Source: a virus
Taxonomy: Duplodnaviria > Caudoviricetes
DNA length: 31,491 bases
Direction: 5' to 3' (one strand)
IMG/VR virus record: IMGVR_UViG_3300032239_000877
Span: 1-31,491 of that record
The notes under the pieces were generated by a model that saw nothing but the letters and a program-made list of their open reading frames with translations, ran no database searches and was not told where the DNA came from. A program made the position numbers and the translations under genes. This document shows, one piece after another, positions 7,695 to 16,638 of the stretch (positions within the stretch are counted from its first letter, which is position 1; every line of letters begins with the position of its first letter).

Positions 7695-8054
7695 ATGTCA
7701 GTAACACACAAAGACATCGTGGATTTGCTCGCGGCAACGGGAGCATCCGAAACTGAAACCCAAAACAAAGTTGCCCTTTTCGAGACATCGAACGAGGAGG
7801 GAAAACAGGCATTGTTTGATAAACTCTCTGCCCTCCCAAAAACTGGGGTGGTGGAACAACCAGAACAGGAGGATAAGTCTGTGGCATCTGAAGGCGTAAA
7901 CAAAGGTACAGTTAAGACTGTGAAGGCTACCAAGGCGGCTGTTGAGGAAGCTGAGAAGCAGGGAATCAATATCGGTGATGTTCCTGCGGGTCAGGATGGC
8001 AAAGTTGACTTGGCTGAAGTCAATGCGTTCGTCGCTTCAAAGCGGAACGGTTAG
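7695..8054 (+). CDS. Hypothetical protein with C-terminal E3-binding (peripheral subunit-binding)-like domain
   Basis: ATKAAVEEAEKQGINIGDVPAGQDGKVDLAEV resembles the ASPAARxLAxExGIDLxxVxGTGxxGRIxxxDV pattern. Confidence 0.6.
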   Translation: MSVTHKDIVDLLAATGASETETQNKVALFETSNEEGKQALFDKLSALPKTGVVEQPEQEDKSVASEGVNKGTVKTVKATKAAVEEAEKQGINIGDVPAGQDGKVDLAEVNAFVASKRNG

Positions 8055-8064
8055 CATAATCGGA

Positions 8065-8092
8065 TTGCGTCGGCCACCCTCGCATGTAGGGT
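8065..8092 (+). promoter_or_regulatory. Promoter TTGCGT-N16-TAGGGT (leaderless type)
   Basis: ATG 8099 follows after 6 nt. Confidence 0.55.
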
Positions 8093-8098
8093 GTGCCG

Positions 8099-8848
8099 AT
8101 GGCTATCACACTTCTTCGCCCATACTGCACACTTGCTGATGTGCAAAGGGAGACAAAGAACTCTGGTTCTGAGCTAGACGACACCTACCTCCTAGCTATC
8201 AATTTAGCCTCTCGCTTCGCGGAGGGGTATTGCCGGAGGGACTTCTGGGCACACGATCACTCCGTGTCCCCTTATCGAGTACCTAGAAACAAGGTACTGT
8301 CTGACATGGTTTGCTTGGATTGGCCCATTGTCTCCTTAACAGAAGTCAGGGTTTGGTCTCGCTCTGTGCCTGACTCCGCCCCAGAGAACGCACTTCCACC
8401 TGAATCCTATTACTTCAATGAAGGGGAAAGCATAATCACAAAAGAGTACGGTGCCTTTGGCTCACTGGGCGGGTTCGGATTCAGTGGTGGGTATCGGTCG
8501 GAGTTCGGAAGCAACCCAAATGCGGGATCATTTGATACCAATAGCGGTCACTTAACCACTGACGAAAGGCCGAATGGGCATGGCTATCCGTTCAAGATGA
8601 ACATGGAGTTGTACGGGGTGTTCGGGTATGTACTCGACAATGATAATCCGCTGGAACTCCCGCCACCTTCAATTCCTTCTGCGGTTCGTCGTGCCTGTAT
8701 TATTTTGGCTGCGAATTGGAGTAACCAAAACCACAAACAAGTCATAGGGCTTGGTGGGGATGTGACAAATCTTTTGGAGACCCGTGTAGGCCCAGAAGTC
8801 AAGATGCTGCTTGATCCTTGGGTTCTTCAAGTCGGGGTGAACTTCTAA
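8099..8848 (+). CDS. Head-tail adaptor (HK97 gp6/SPP1 gp15-like)
   Basis: YCTLADV, AINLASRFAEGYCRRDF, PSAVRRACIILAA and MLLDPW pattern; expected position. Confidence 0.8.
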   Translation: MAITLLRPYCTLADVQRETKNSGSELDDTYLLAINLASRFAEGYCRRDFWAHDHSVSPYRVPRNKVLSDMVCLDWPIVSLTEVRVWSRSVPDSAPENALPPESYYFNEGESIITKEYGAFGSLGGFGFSGGYRSEFGSNPNAGSFDTNSGHLTTDERPNGHGYPFKMNMELYGVFGYVLDNDNPLELPPPSIPSAVRRACIILAANWSNQNHKQVIGLGGDVTNLLETRVGPEVKMLLDPWVLQVGVNF

Positions 8849-9351
8849 TGAGTACAGCTACCTTCACCTTCAATGAGGAGGCTGCTGGGAGGTTGCTAAA
8901 TAAGATCAGGGCTGGACTGACCCCAGAGTATCAGGACGCCACAGTGTCTCGCGTAGCCTACGTGGTTATGCGAAGGCTTGTTCAGCAGACACCAAAGAAG
9001 TGGACTGGGCAGACTCGTAGGTACTGGCAGGTTAAAAAAGAAGGCTCTGGGAACTACACTATTCTGAATGGGTCGAAAGTGATGCGGTTCCTTGAGGAGG
9101 GGACTCAAGCACACGGCCCAGTGACGGCTAAGGCGTTATTCATCCCTCTTACCAGAAAGGCTGCGCTTGCTGGTGTTTCTGGGGTGATGTCTAACCCAAA
9201 GGCGTTTAAGTTTGGGAGGGATTACATCTTTACGAAATGGGTGCGCGGGATTACAGCTTCCCACATGGTGAAGAATTACCAACCCTTCGCCAATGCTGCC
9301 TTAAAGGCGGCTATGAAGATAAGCATTAGGAGGTTAATACGACAACCATGA
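8848..9351 (+). CDS. HK97 gp10-like neck/tail completion protein
   Basis: TPKKWTGQTRRYW and RFLEEGTQAH motifs; TAATG stop/start overlap at 8846-8850. Confidence 0.7.
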   Translation: MSTATFTFNEEAAGRLLNKIRAGLTPEYQDATVSRVAYVVMRRLVQQTPKKWTGQTRRYWQVKKEGSGNYTILNGSKVMRFLEEGTQAHGPVTAKALFIPLTRKAALAGVSGVMSNPKAFKFGRDYIFTKWVRGITASHMVKNYQPFANAALKAAMKISIRRLIRQP

Positions 9352-9908
9352 GTACGATTTACGACAATTTTCAAGTGGCTGCGGCGGCATGGGAAATCAA
9401 TGAGCGGCTGGTGTTTCATACTCAGGCTGGTCAGATGCTCGCTGGACTCAATTATGATAAGGAGGGGACTCTCAAGGTTGAGGGTGAGGACGACCTTCCT
9501 GTGCTTCAGCCTTGGGCAGTTCACTTCAATGAGGAGTTGTTTGCGGGTGCGCCGAATGTGCGGAGTCAGGGGCGCAGTGAGGCTAACCAACCCGTCGCTG
9601 AAACCCTAACGCTCACCTTCCGTGTGGCTACGTCCCGCAGGGATGGGTGGTTCCGCAGAGACCCAACGGATACGACTAAGAGGAAGGGACTCATCGAATG
9701 GCTTGCCCTTATCAGGGATGCTATCGAGACCCCAACGACCGGAACGGTTCCAGATTCTCGGTTCGTTGGTGGTGCTTCTAAGCCTGTCACGTACTCCATA
9801 CCTGAGACGAAAACGAGTCAGTTGAGCTTTCAATGTAGCCTTGACGTGACGGTCATGCTGCGTCCAGTGTGCCGTGCTGAGCGTTCTTTCACAATGCCTC
9901 CAAACTAA
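9348..9908 (+). CDS. Putative tail terminator/completion protein
   Basis: Position between gp10-like and tail tube genes; ATGA overlap with the upstream gene. Confidence 0.5.
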   Translation: MSTIYDNFQVAAAAWEINERLVFHTQAGQMLAGLNYDKEGTLKVEGEDDLPVLQPWAVHFNEELFAGAPNVRSQGRSEANQPVAETLTLTFRVATSRRDGWFRRDPTDTTKRKGLIEWLALIRDAIETPTTGTVPDSRFVGGASKPVTYSIPETKTSQLSFQCSLDVTVMLRPVCRAERSFTMPPN

Positions 9909-9975
9909 AGAGGTATTGACTCTTCCCAGTACCCCTGACAAAACAACACTCAACCTCAACCCTAAAAAATAAACT

Positions 9976-10323
9976 ATGGCATGTGGAAGAGTAGTCGGTG
10001 AAGACTTGGAGTTTGGTATCTCTGATGAAGAGGCCAGCCTCGTAACGCAGTCTGTTTCGGTAACGAATAAGACTGAGAAAAAAGAAGCACGTAACAAGTG
10101 TGGTATCGTGGTGGCTATTTGCTACTACAACAACACTAGCGAAATCTCCATCGAAGGATTGGGAACCACCACGGCAGTGATTGGTGACTCCCTCAGCCTC
10201 GCTGGAACGTATCAGGGCCTTGCTGGTGCGACTTATATCGAAGAAATCACAATCGAGAAAAAGAACGAAGAGTGGGTAAAATCCACTATCAAGGCAACTA
10301 GCTACAGCGGAATTACTGCGTAG
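9976..10323 (+). CDS. Putative major tail tube protein (115 aa)
   Basis: Beta-rich Thr/Ser pattern, in the slot before the chaperone and tape measure genes. Confidence 0.55.
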   Translation: MACGRVVGEDLEFGISDEEASLVTQSVSVTNKTEKKEARNKCGIVVAICYYNNTSEISIEGLGTTTAVIGDSLSLAGTYQGLAGATYIEEITIEKKNEEWVKSTIKATSYSGITA

Positions 10324-10339
10324 TGAAAACCACATAGAT

Positions 10340-10354
10340 TTGCACGTCGTGCAA
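10340..10354. promoter_or_regulatory. Palindrome copy 5
   Basis: TTGCACGTCGTGCAA, intergenic after the tail tube gene. Confidence 0.8.
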
Positions 10355-10410
10355 GTCGTTTAATATGGGGGTCATGGATTTAAGCCAGCCCCCGATTTAA
10401 CCTGAGATTT

Positions 10411-10929
10411 ATGAGCGAAGGAAACAATACAGTACCCGTAAAGGGGACTCATCAAAGCCCATCAGTGGCGACAAAGCCGCTGGTGGGTAGGGAGTCCAAG
10501 ATCGAAAGAGGTTCGTACATCCATCATGTACGCAATCTCGAACTAGCTGCCTGTCTGGTAAGCGTAGGAATCAAGCTCCGCAAAGACCCTCCTTATACTC
10601 ACGTCAAACTGACGGATGGGACGGATCAATGGACGTTCCACTTTGAGGAACGCGACACGGAAGGGCATCTGAAGACAGCCGAAATGATTAAGGCTTTCTC
10701 TCAGGATATGGAGTGGATTGAAAAGCATCCCGTTCACCCGATGACGTTCGCCATGTGCGCCATCAAGAACCTTGCTTCCTTCAAGGAACACATGCTCCGG
10801 TCGGTTGGTTTTGTTGGGTTCAAGGCTCCTAATGGGGAGGCAACCCTCTACGTGAAAGACGGAAGCCGGAAGCATAAAAACTGTATCGCTAAGGGCATGA
10901 TTCAAGTGAACCCAGGTTGGGACAAGTAA
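10411..10929 (+). CDS. Hypothetical protein (172 aa)
   Basis: ORF in the tail module; function not recognised. Confidence 0.75.
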   Translation: MSEGNNTVPVKGTHQSPSVATKPLVGRESKIERGSYIHHVRNLELAACLVSVGIKLRKDPPYTHVKLTDGTDQWTFHFEERDTEGHLKTAEMIKAFSQDMEWIEKHPVHPMTFAMCAIKNLASFKEHMLRSVGFVGFKAPNGEATLYVKDGSRKHKNCIAKGMIQVNPGWDK

Positions 10930-10933
10930 TTCT

Positions 10934-11455
10934 ATGAGTGCAACTACTACAAGAAAACGGGGCGCAGGTGCGTCGGAAAACGACTCCAAATCTGTAAAAG
11001 ATCATGGGGTTGGGATTGAGGGGAAAGTGATTCCTCCACGGGATGAGCTTCAGGAGTTGATGGACAGCTCCGTACATTCGAGTCTCTTGGGTGTCGGGGC
11101 GTTGGTAGGTGGTCGAAGATTGCGCCCAATCACAATGGCTACAATTACCCACCTGAAAGAGTTGAACAGCCCTCTTATCAACGGGATCGCTTTGGATGAG
11201 ATTCAGAACATTCTGCTTGAGTGCTGTATCTTCGTTTGCATCCAGTCCGTTCCTTTGGAAGAGGCTACAGACTTGGTGTACGGGGATCGGAAAGCGTTGG
11301 TAAAAGCTGCTTTGGCGTTTGCGGATAATGTTCCGGCTCACGAAACAAAGAGCGTTATTGATGCCACCGTTGGTTCCCTAAAAGATGCTGTATCGACTCA
11401 GGTTAAAGCTAAGTCTAAGTCATCTGATACCCCAAGTGCAGAGATGGGAAACTAA
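10934..11455 (+). CDS. Tail assembly chaperone (gpG-like)
   Basis: Upstream of the tape measure gene; ends in slippery G GGA AAC immediately before the stop. Confidence 0.75.
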   Translation: MSATTTRKRGAGASENDSKSVKDHGVGIEGKVIPPRDELQELMDSSVHSSLLGVGALVGGRRLRPITMATITHLKELNSPLINGIALDEIQNILLECCIFVCIQSVPLEEATDLVYGDRKALVKAALAFADNVPAHETKSVIDATVGSLKDAVSTQVKAKSKSSDTPSAEMGN

Positions 11456-11649
11456 TAGGCCCTCCTTGGCTCATTAGGATGCTGGGGGTTGTGTCTGAAG
11501 TGAGTGGGGAGAGGGCCAAATTCATATTTGAAAAGATGCCTCTTAAAGTGGCGTTTGCCTTCGAGCATTTCTACTTCGTGAAACATGGGTATGACTGCAA
11601 GGCTACCCACTACGAACAATCCCTTGAAGAGTTAGTAATGAGTCTCTAA
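11446..11649 (+). CDS. -1 frameshift extension of the tail chaperone (gpGT-like)
   Basis: GGGAAAC at 11446-11452; the -1 frame reads LIGPPWLIRMLGVVSEVSG...EELVMSL to TAA 11647-11649, 9 nt before the tape measure start. Confidence 0.8.
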   Translation, partial: GKLIGPPWLIRMLGVVSEVSGERAKFIFEKMPLKVAFAFEHFYFVKHGYDCKATHYEQSLEELVMSL

Positions 11650-11658
11650 CATCCGCCA

Positions 11659-14268
11659 ATGCCAAACGAAGACTCAGTTTCCTTAAAGGTTGCCATCGAC
11701 GCAGAAGGGGCTGATGCGGCGTTGGCGAGCGTAGCGCAGTCCATTAAGGCTCTAGGTTCTGCGGTGTCAGCACAGTCTGCTGGCATCGCTGGGCTTGGGG
11801 ACGCGATGAAGGCAGCGGCGGCTGCGTCGGGTACAACGGCGGCAGCACTCGGAACTGAGTCCTCTTCTCGCAGGGCTGCGGTAGGGGCGATTGAAGCGCA
11901 GGCGGAAGCAACTAAAAAGTTGAACGCCGTGCAAGAGTCAGTGAAGACTCCTAGGGTTGTACCACTTACAGGGAAGGCAAACCTTCTTGCTGAGATACCA
12001 GCCGAGTTGTTTGGATCTTCCCAAAAATCAACGGCTAGGAAGTCTCCTTTATCTCAGAAGGAGCAGGACTACATAAACGATCAGCGGGTTAAAGAGGCTG
12101 AGGAGGCTGCGAAAGCTCAGGCTAAGGAACAGGCTGCGGCGGCTAAGGAACAGGCAAAGGCAAGTGCTGCGGCGGCTAAGGAACAGGCAAAGGAGCAAGC
12201 CAAGTCTACGAAGGCTCCTTCGGTGATGGGGGATTTGACAAAGGTTATCTCGAACGGTGGGGGTTTGATGCCCATCGTCTCGGCTATCTCTGGGCCAGCG
12301 GGGATTGCTTTGGGGGTAATCAAAACAACTTTTGGGGCCATTACGTCCGTCGTCACTTCGGTGGCGTCAACCATTTATAGTGTGATGAAGACAGCCTTCT
12401 TCGGCATAGGTGCCGTTGGGGTTGTGGCATTGGCTGGTCTTGGGGCTGGGTTCTTTGCGCTGAAGGCGACAGCAGACGCCGTGGCTAAGGTGTTCGATGA
12501 TGGTGCGGGGGTGGCTAACCTATCCCAGCGCACTGGGGTGGGTGTTGAGGCATTGCTGAAGCTTGAGCGTGGGTTCAAGGCGGCTGGGATGTCTACGGAA
12601 CAGGTTGCTCCATCGCTCGCGCACATGAGTAAGTCTCTGGAGGAGGCTTCTCAAGGAACAGGGGATGTGGCTACCACGTTCACCGCCCTTGGCCTGAACG
12701 TAAAAGAGTTGAAGTCAATGGCACCTGAGCAGGCTTTTCTGAAGATCGGGGAAGCTGTGAACCGTCTCCCAACTAGCGTTGAGCGGAGTGCTATTGCAAT
12801 GAAAGTGTTCTCCCGTGCAGGAGGTGAACTCCTCCCTCTTTTCGGAAACCTTGGAGCGATAGCTAAGGTCAACGAGGAGCTGTCCAATTCCGGCAAAATA
12901 ATGGCTCAAGACGCCTTATTGTTCCGCCTTGCAAGCGAGCGGCTGGAGACAGTGAAGATGCCAACGATGAAGGAAGGCATAGGGCAGATTGCTACGGGGA
13001 TTGCGGACAAGGTAGCAGGTGAGTTCCTTGCTATTACTGAGGGGGCAAAGCGCATCGACCTCAGCGGAATCGGGCAAGCAATCGGTGGAGAGGTTGCTCT
13101 TGGGATGGAGGCTTTCAGGACGGGTAACTTTGGGGAGTACATTACAGATTCCATAAAAGTCGTAGGCCCTAAAATTAAGGCTTTTTTCTCAGACTTATTC
13201 TCTGGGGATGGTGATCTTTTGAAAAGTCCGGCAATGCAGTTTGGTATTCATTTGCTGGACGCTGTTCAGGATATTGGTGCGGAGATTGGGTCTCAACTTG
13301 ACGGGCCAATCGAGAAGCTTACAGGCGTGTCGCTCAGCTCAATGCTGACTGCAATCACCAGTTTCATCTCCTCTGCTATAAGCGTATTCCTCACGGTTGG
13401 TGAGATTATTGCAAACTCCACTCTTCAGCTTGTTATCTGGGGGGAGAAGCTTGTCGGTGCCTTCCAAAAAATCATTAGCTACCTACCCAAGGAGAAGACG
13501 AAAGAGCAGCAGGCATCTGATACGTTCTACGCCGCGCAAGCGTATGGTATGGGCAGTGTGGCCTTCGGGGGGAAGGGTCAGCAGGAAGCAGCAGCTACAA
13601 TCCTAGCTCCCAAGAAAGACGACTTCATTGGGCCACCTATGCCTACAGCAGACGAGGCTGAGGCTAACAGGAAGGCAGCTTTTGCTAATACTATCGCTGG
13701 GCTGAAAGCCAATGCAAATGCGGCTACTGCCTCTGTCCTAGGGTTTGTCAACGAGGGGGCTGCAAAAATTAAGGAGCGCAGTGGGAAGAGTGATGAGGAG
13801 AAAGCGAAAGACTTAGCTGATGCAGAAGAGCGTCGTAATAGACTCTTAGGTGGAGTCACTGATAACAAAGCGAAATACACCGCCCAAGCTGAGGCTAACT
13901 CAAAACAAGGTGGCGGTGCCTCGATTGAGAAGGCAATCCGATCAACTCAGGTAGTGGCTGACTCCATGCAGTCAATGGGCGGGGGAGGTGGGTTCCTCAT
14001 AACAGGAAACTCAGTAGCGGATAATACCGCTGAAACTGCCAAGAACACTGCTGAGATTGCTAAGAACGTGAAGAATCCTCCAACTGTGACAGCTACAGTT
14101 GCGGGTGCTTCAGATACGTCACCTACTTTAGGGAAGTCACCACAGATAGGGAGTAACGCGATTGATGAACGTCAAGTCTCCCTTCTCGGAGACATGAAAG
14201 GAATCTTGACAAGCATCCTGAATAAGATGGCGACAGGAAACACAGTGATTGGAGTAACAGCCGTATGA
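11659..14268 (+). CDS. Tail tape measure protein (869 aa)
   Basis: Long Ala/Gly-rich helical protein with hydrophobic stretches, NLSQRTGVGVEAL motif and AKEQA repeats; follows the frameshifted chaperone. Confidence 0.9.
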   Translation: MPNEDSVSLKVAIDAEGADAALASVAQSIKALGSAVSAQSAGIAGLGDAMKAAAAASGTTAAALGTESSSRRAAVGAIEAQAEATKKLNAVQESVKTPRVVPLTGKANLLAEIPAELFGSSQKSTARKSPLSQKEQDYINDQRVKEAEEAAKAQAKEQAAAAKEQAKASAAAAKEQAKEQAKSTKAPSVMGDLTKVISNGGGLMPIVSAISGPAGIALGVIKTTFGAITSVVTSVASTIYSVMKTAFFGIGAVGVVALAGLGAGFFALKATADAVAKVFDDGAGVANLSQRTGVGVEALLKLERGFKAAGMSTEQVAPSLAHMSKSLEEASQGTGDVATTFTALGLNVKELKSMAPEQAFLKIGEAVNRLPTSVERSAIAMKVFSRAGGELLPLFGNLGAIAKVNEELSNSGKIMAQDALLFRLASERLETVKMPTMKEGIGQIATGIADKVAGEFLAITEGAKRIDLSGIGQAIGGEVALGMEAFRTGNFGEYITDSIKVVGPKIKAFFSDLFSGDGDLLKSPAMQFGIHLLDAVQDIGAEIGSQLDGPIEKLTGVSLSSMLTAITSFISSAISVFLTVGEIIANSTLQLVIWGEKLVGAFQKIISYLPKEKTKEQQASDTFYAAQAYGMGSVAFGGKGQQEAAATILAPKKDDFIGPPMPTADEAEANRKAAFANTIAGLKANANAATASVLGFVNEGAAKIKERSGKSDEEKAKDLADAEERRNRLLGGVTDNKAKYTAQAEANSKQGGGASIEKAIRSTQVVADSMQSMGGGGGFLITGNSVADNTAETAKNTAEIAKNVKNPPTVTATVAGASDTSPTLGKSPQIGSNAIDERQVSLLGDMKGILTSILNKMATGNTVIGVTAV

Positions 14269-15227
14269 GTAACACAGACGTTGTTTGGATAGGGGAGAAC
14301 GCAATCGCAACCTTGATGGAGGATGTTCCTTGCGACATCGACTTCGACAAGTTTGGGATTGCAAGTGCAACCCTGAATTATTCTTGCTTATGGGACAATG
14401 CGGCTGAGCTGGTGTCCAATATGTTCGTTCACCCTGACTTCAACTGGCTCGTCCGGAAGTCTGCGAAGATTAGCAGGCAAGAGGCTAACCTCGCCAAAGT
14501 CTCTATCTCTTACGAGGGAATCCCTCCCCTTTCGGCCACTGCCGTTGAGGCTCACACTATCCGGACGGTGAAAGGAAGTACCACTTCTGAGCCAATCGAA
14601 TCGCATCAAAACTTCCATGCTTTTGCTGGGTTCGTTGATGGGGAATGGCTTAATGGTGCGGCATTTGAGACAGAGCCAGGCCCAAACAGGGGCAAGTTTC
14701 TTGGGTTTTTTCCTGCGGGTTCTGCCCCAAAAAAGAAGCTCAATCGAAAGAAGAAACAGGTCGGTGTGGACGGTTCGCCTAAACCAGCGAAGGCTGGAAA
14801 GGTAAGCAAGGCGAAAGCGAAGAAGTATCTCAAATACGGAATCAAGTCTTACTACGGGGGAAGCATCGTCTTTACAGAAACTAAGATTTACGACCGTACC
14901 ACCTCGCCTTCCCCAAATGTGCGTGCGGGGATGGGTATGCTTGGCAAGATTGATGTTCCTCCTCAGGTGGATAATTATGTCAGCGTGGAGAAGGGGCGCG
15001 ATTGGCTCTTGATGTCTTGCGATGTGGATCAGATAGGGAACGGGATCAAGGTGTCTCGGTCTTGGAAACTATCAGGCCCGAATGGGTGGGATGGTGATAT
15101 ATACACCTATGGCTATCAGGCTAAGAATCGGGATGCTGATGGTAACTGGACTAACAAGAACGGGGATAAAGTGGACGACAACGGTGTTGTTATCATCCCT
15201 GCGCCAACGCCAGTGCCTCACCCTTAG
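14265..15227 (+). CDS. Putative tail tip/hub protein (320 aa)
   Basis: ATGA-coupled to the tape measure gene; beta-rich with a Lys-rich insertion. Confidence 0.55.
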   Translation: MSNTDVVWIGENAIATLMEDVPCDIDFDKFGIASATLNYSCLWDNAAELVSNMFVHPDFNWLVRKSAKISRQEANLAKVSISYEGIPPLSATAVEAHTIRTVKGSTTSEPIESHQNFHAFAGFVDGEWLNGAAFETEPGPNRGKFLGFFPAGSAPKKKLNRKKKQVGVDGSPKPAKAGKVSKAKAKKYLKYGIKSYYGGSIVFTETKIYDRTTSPSPNVRAGMGMLGKIDVPPQVDNYVSVEKGRDWLLMSCDVDQIGNGIKVSRSWKLSGPNGWDGDIYTYGYQAKNRDADGNWTNKNGDKVDDNGVVIIPAPTPVPHP

Positions 15228-15279
15228 GTTGTCAGTTCTTGCCGTGTGGCGGCGCGGCATGTAGAAACATCGACAGCTT

Positions 15280-16638
15280 ATGAGTCAGGTTCCTAACTTC
15301 AAAATCCCTACCCAGCCTGAGCTGGAAAAGGCTATCAATACACTGGCTGGGTGTATTCGGGATCAGGGTGACAACATGCCTAAGTTTGAGGCATCTGCTC
15401 ATATTCGTCCCTTTGTTGCTCCGGACGGATCGACATACTTTGAGCTGGTTGATCCAAATGGGCCTGAGGTGATATGGCCCTTCAAGATTCAATATAACCA
15501 GTCTAAGCAGGCCCTCTATGTGAATGAGGGTCATGTTGCTTACCTGACAGGGAAAGACGATAAGGGAAACAAATCCAAGGGAAGTAAGGCGGTCATAATT
15601 CCTTTACTTCCTGAGCTTGACAAGACTCCGAATAAGGCGGGTCTGCCAAGCACTCAGGAGGATGCTTCGGGGCCAAGTTTCTTGATTACGTCTGAACATG
15701 TGGGGCGGGAGTGGACGGTACTCGTTAAGGCGAACGATCAGCAGTCAGAGATCGTCCTTCTTAGCTCGGAGGAACCTTTCCCTAAGCTCCCAGAGGGTTG
15801 GTTTTATTTCGAGGTTGGTACAGTTGATTTTGCTGAGATTGGCTCAGGCGGGTTCATCGTTTTAGGGAGTAATGGAATAACCCAGAAGTGGCATAGCGAC
15901 ATCACCATTGGAGCGATTTTTCATGGGGATGATTCCGGTAGTTCTTCAAGTGGGTCAAAATCCTCCGGTTCTAGCTCATCCTCCTCAGGCTCCAGCTCGT
16001 CCTCATCATCCTCGTCTTCTTCAGGTAGTTCCTCTTCCGGTAGTTCCTCTGTTAGTTCAGGCTCCTCAGGGAGTTCTGGTTCTTCTGGATCGTCCGGCTC
16101 ATCTGGGAGTTCAGGTTCCTCCGGAAGCTCAGGCTCCTCCAGTGGCTCTTCAGGGAGTTCTGGGAGTTCTGGGAGCGGTAGCGGGTCTGGTTCGGGATCG
16201 GGTAGCGGCGGAGGCTCTGGGGATTCAAAATCCTCAGCGATTGTTCCAGCTTCATGGACTCCTGACGGGTATGCAGCTCTTTACATAGCTGAGATGCCTG
16301 AGGTTCGTTTCGACGATGTACTCACCTTCAAAGTTTTCGGGGAGAAGACTACAGTTCAGATTGATCCTAGGTTCGTTGAGGTATGTGAAAAGGACTCCAT
16401 AGAGTGCGTTGGGTTCTCATGTAGCAAAGCGTTACCTATTGGTGTTGTTTTGAACGGCGTGCAAATACACGTTGAGGTTGGGTTCCCGTGGTATTCGGTA
16501 AGGAGGGAGGCGACTATCACTCTCCGCCTTTCCGGAATCCGTAGAGGGTTCGCAGGAAGGAAGTACGGGAATAGAACAAGAAGGCAGTTCGATGAGAACA
16601 ACGCTTTTATCAACTCTGCATATAGTGGTGGAAAATGA
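15280..16638 (+). CDS. Putative tail protein with internal Ser/Gly linker (452 aa)
   Basis: Two complex domains separated by about 100 residues of S/G. The C-domain [13 protein letters not shown]...IDPRF...GIRRGF resembles phage tail protein C-termini. Confidence 0.7.
   Translation: MSQVPNFKIPTQPELEKAINTLAGCIRDQGDNMPKFEASAHIRPFVAPDGSTYFELVDPNGPEVIWPFKIQYNQSKQALYVNEGHVAYLTGKDDKGNKSKGSKAVIIPLLPELDKTPNKAGLPSTQEDASGPSFLITSEHVGREWTVLVKANDQQSEIVLLSSEEPFPKLPEGWFYFEVGTVDFAEIGSGGFIVLGSNGITQKWHSDITIGAIFHGDDSGSSSSGSKSSGSSSSSSGSSSSSSSSSSSGSSSSGSSSVSSGSSGSSGSSGSSGSSGSSGSSGSSGSSSGSSGSSGSSGSGSGSGSGSGSGGGSGDSKSSAIVPASWTPDGYAALYIAEMPEVRFDDVLTFKVFGEKTTVQIDPRFVEVCEKDSIECVGFSCSKALPIGVVLNGVQIHVEVGFPWYSVRREATITLRLSGIRRGFAGRKYGNRTRRQFDENNAFINSAYSGGK

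Noticed and set aside
12095-12205. GCTAAGGAACAGGC-type repeats as a DNA element
   Set aside because: They encode in-frame AKEQA helical repeats of the tape measure protein.
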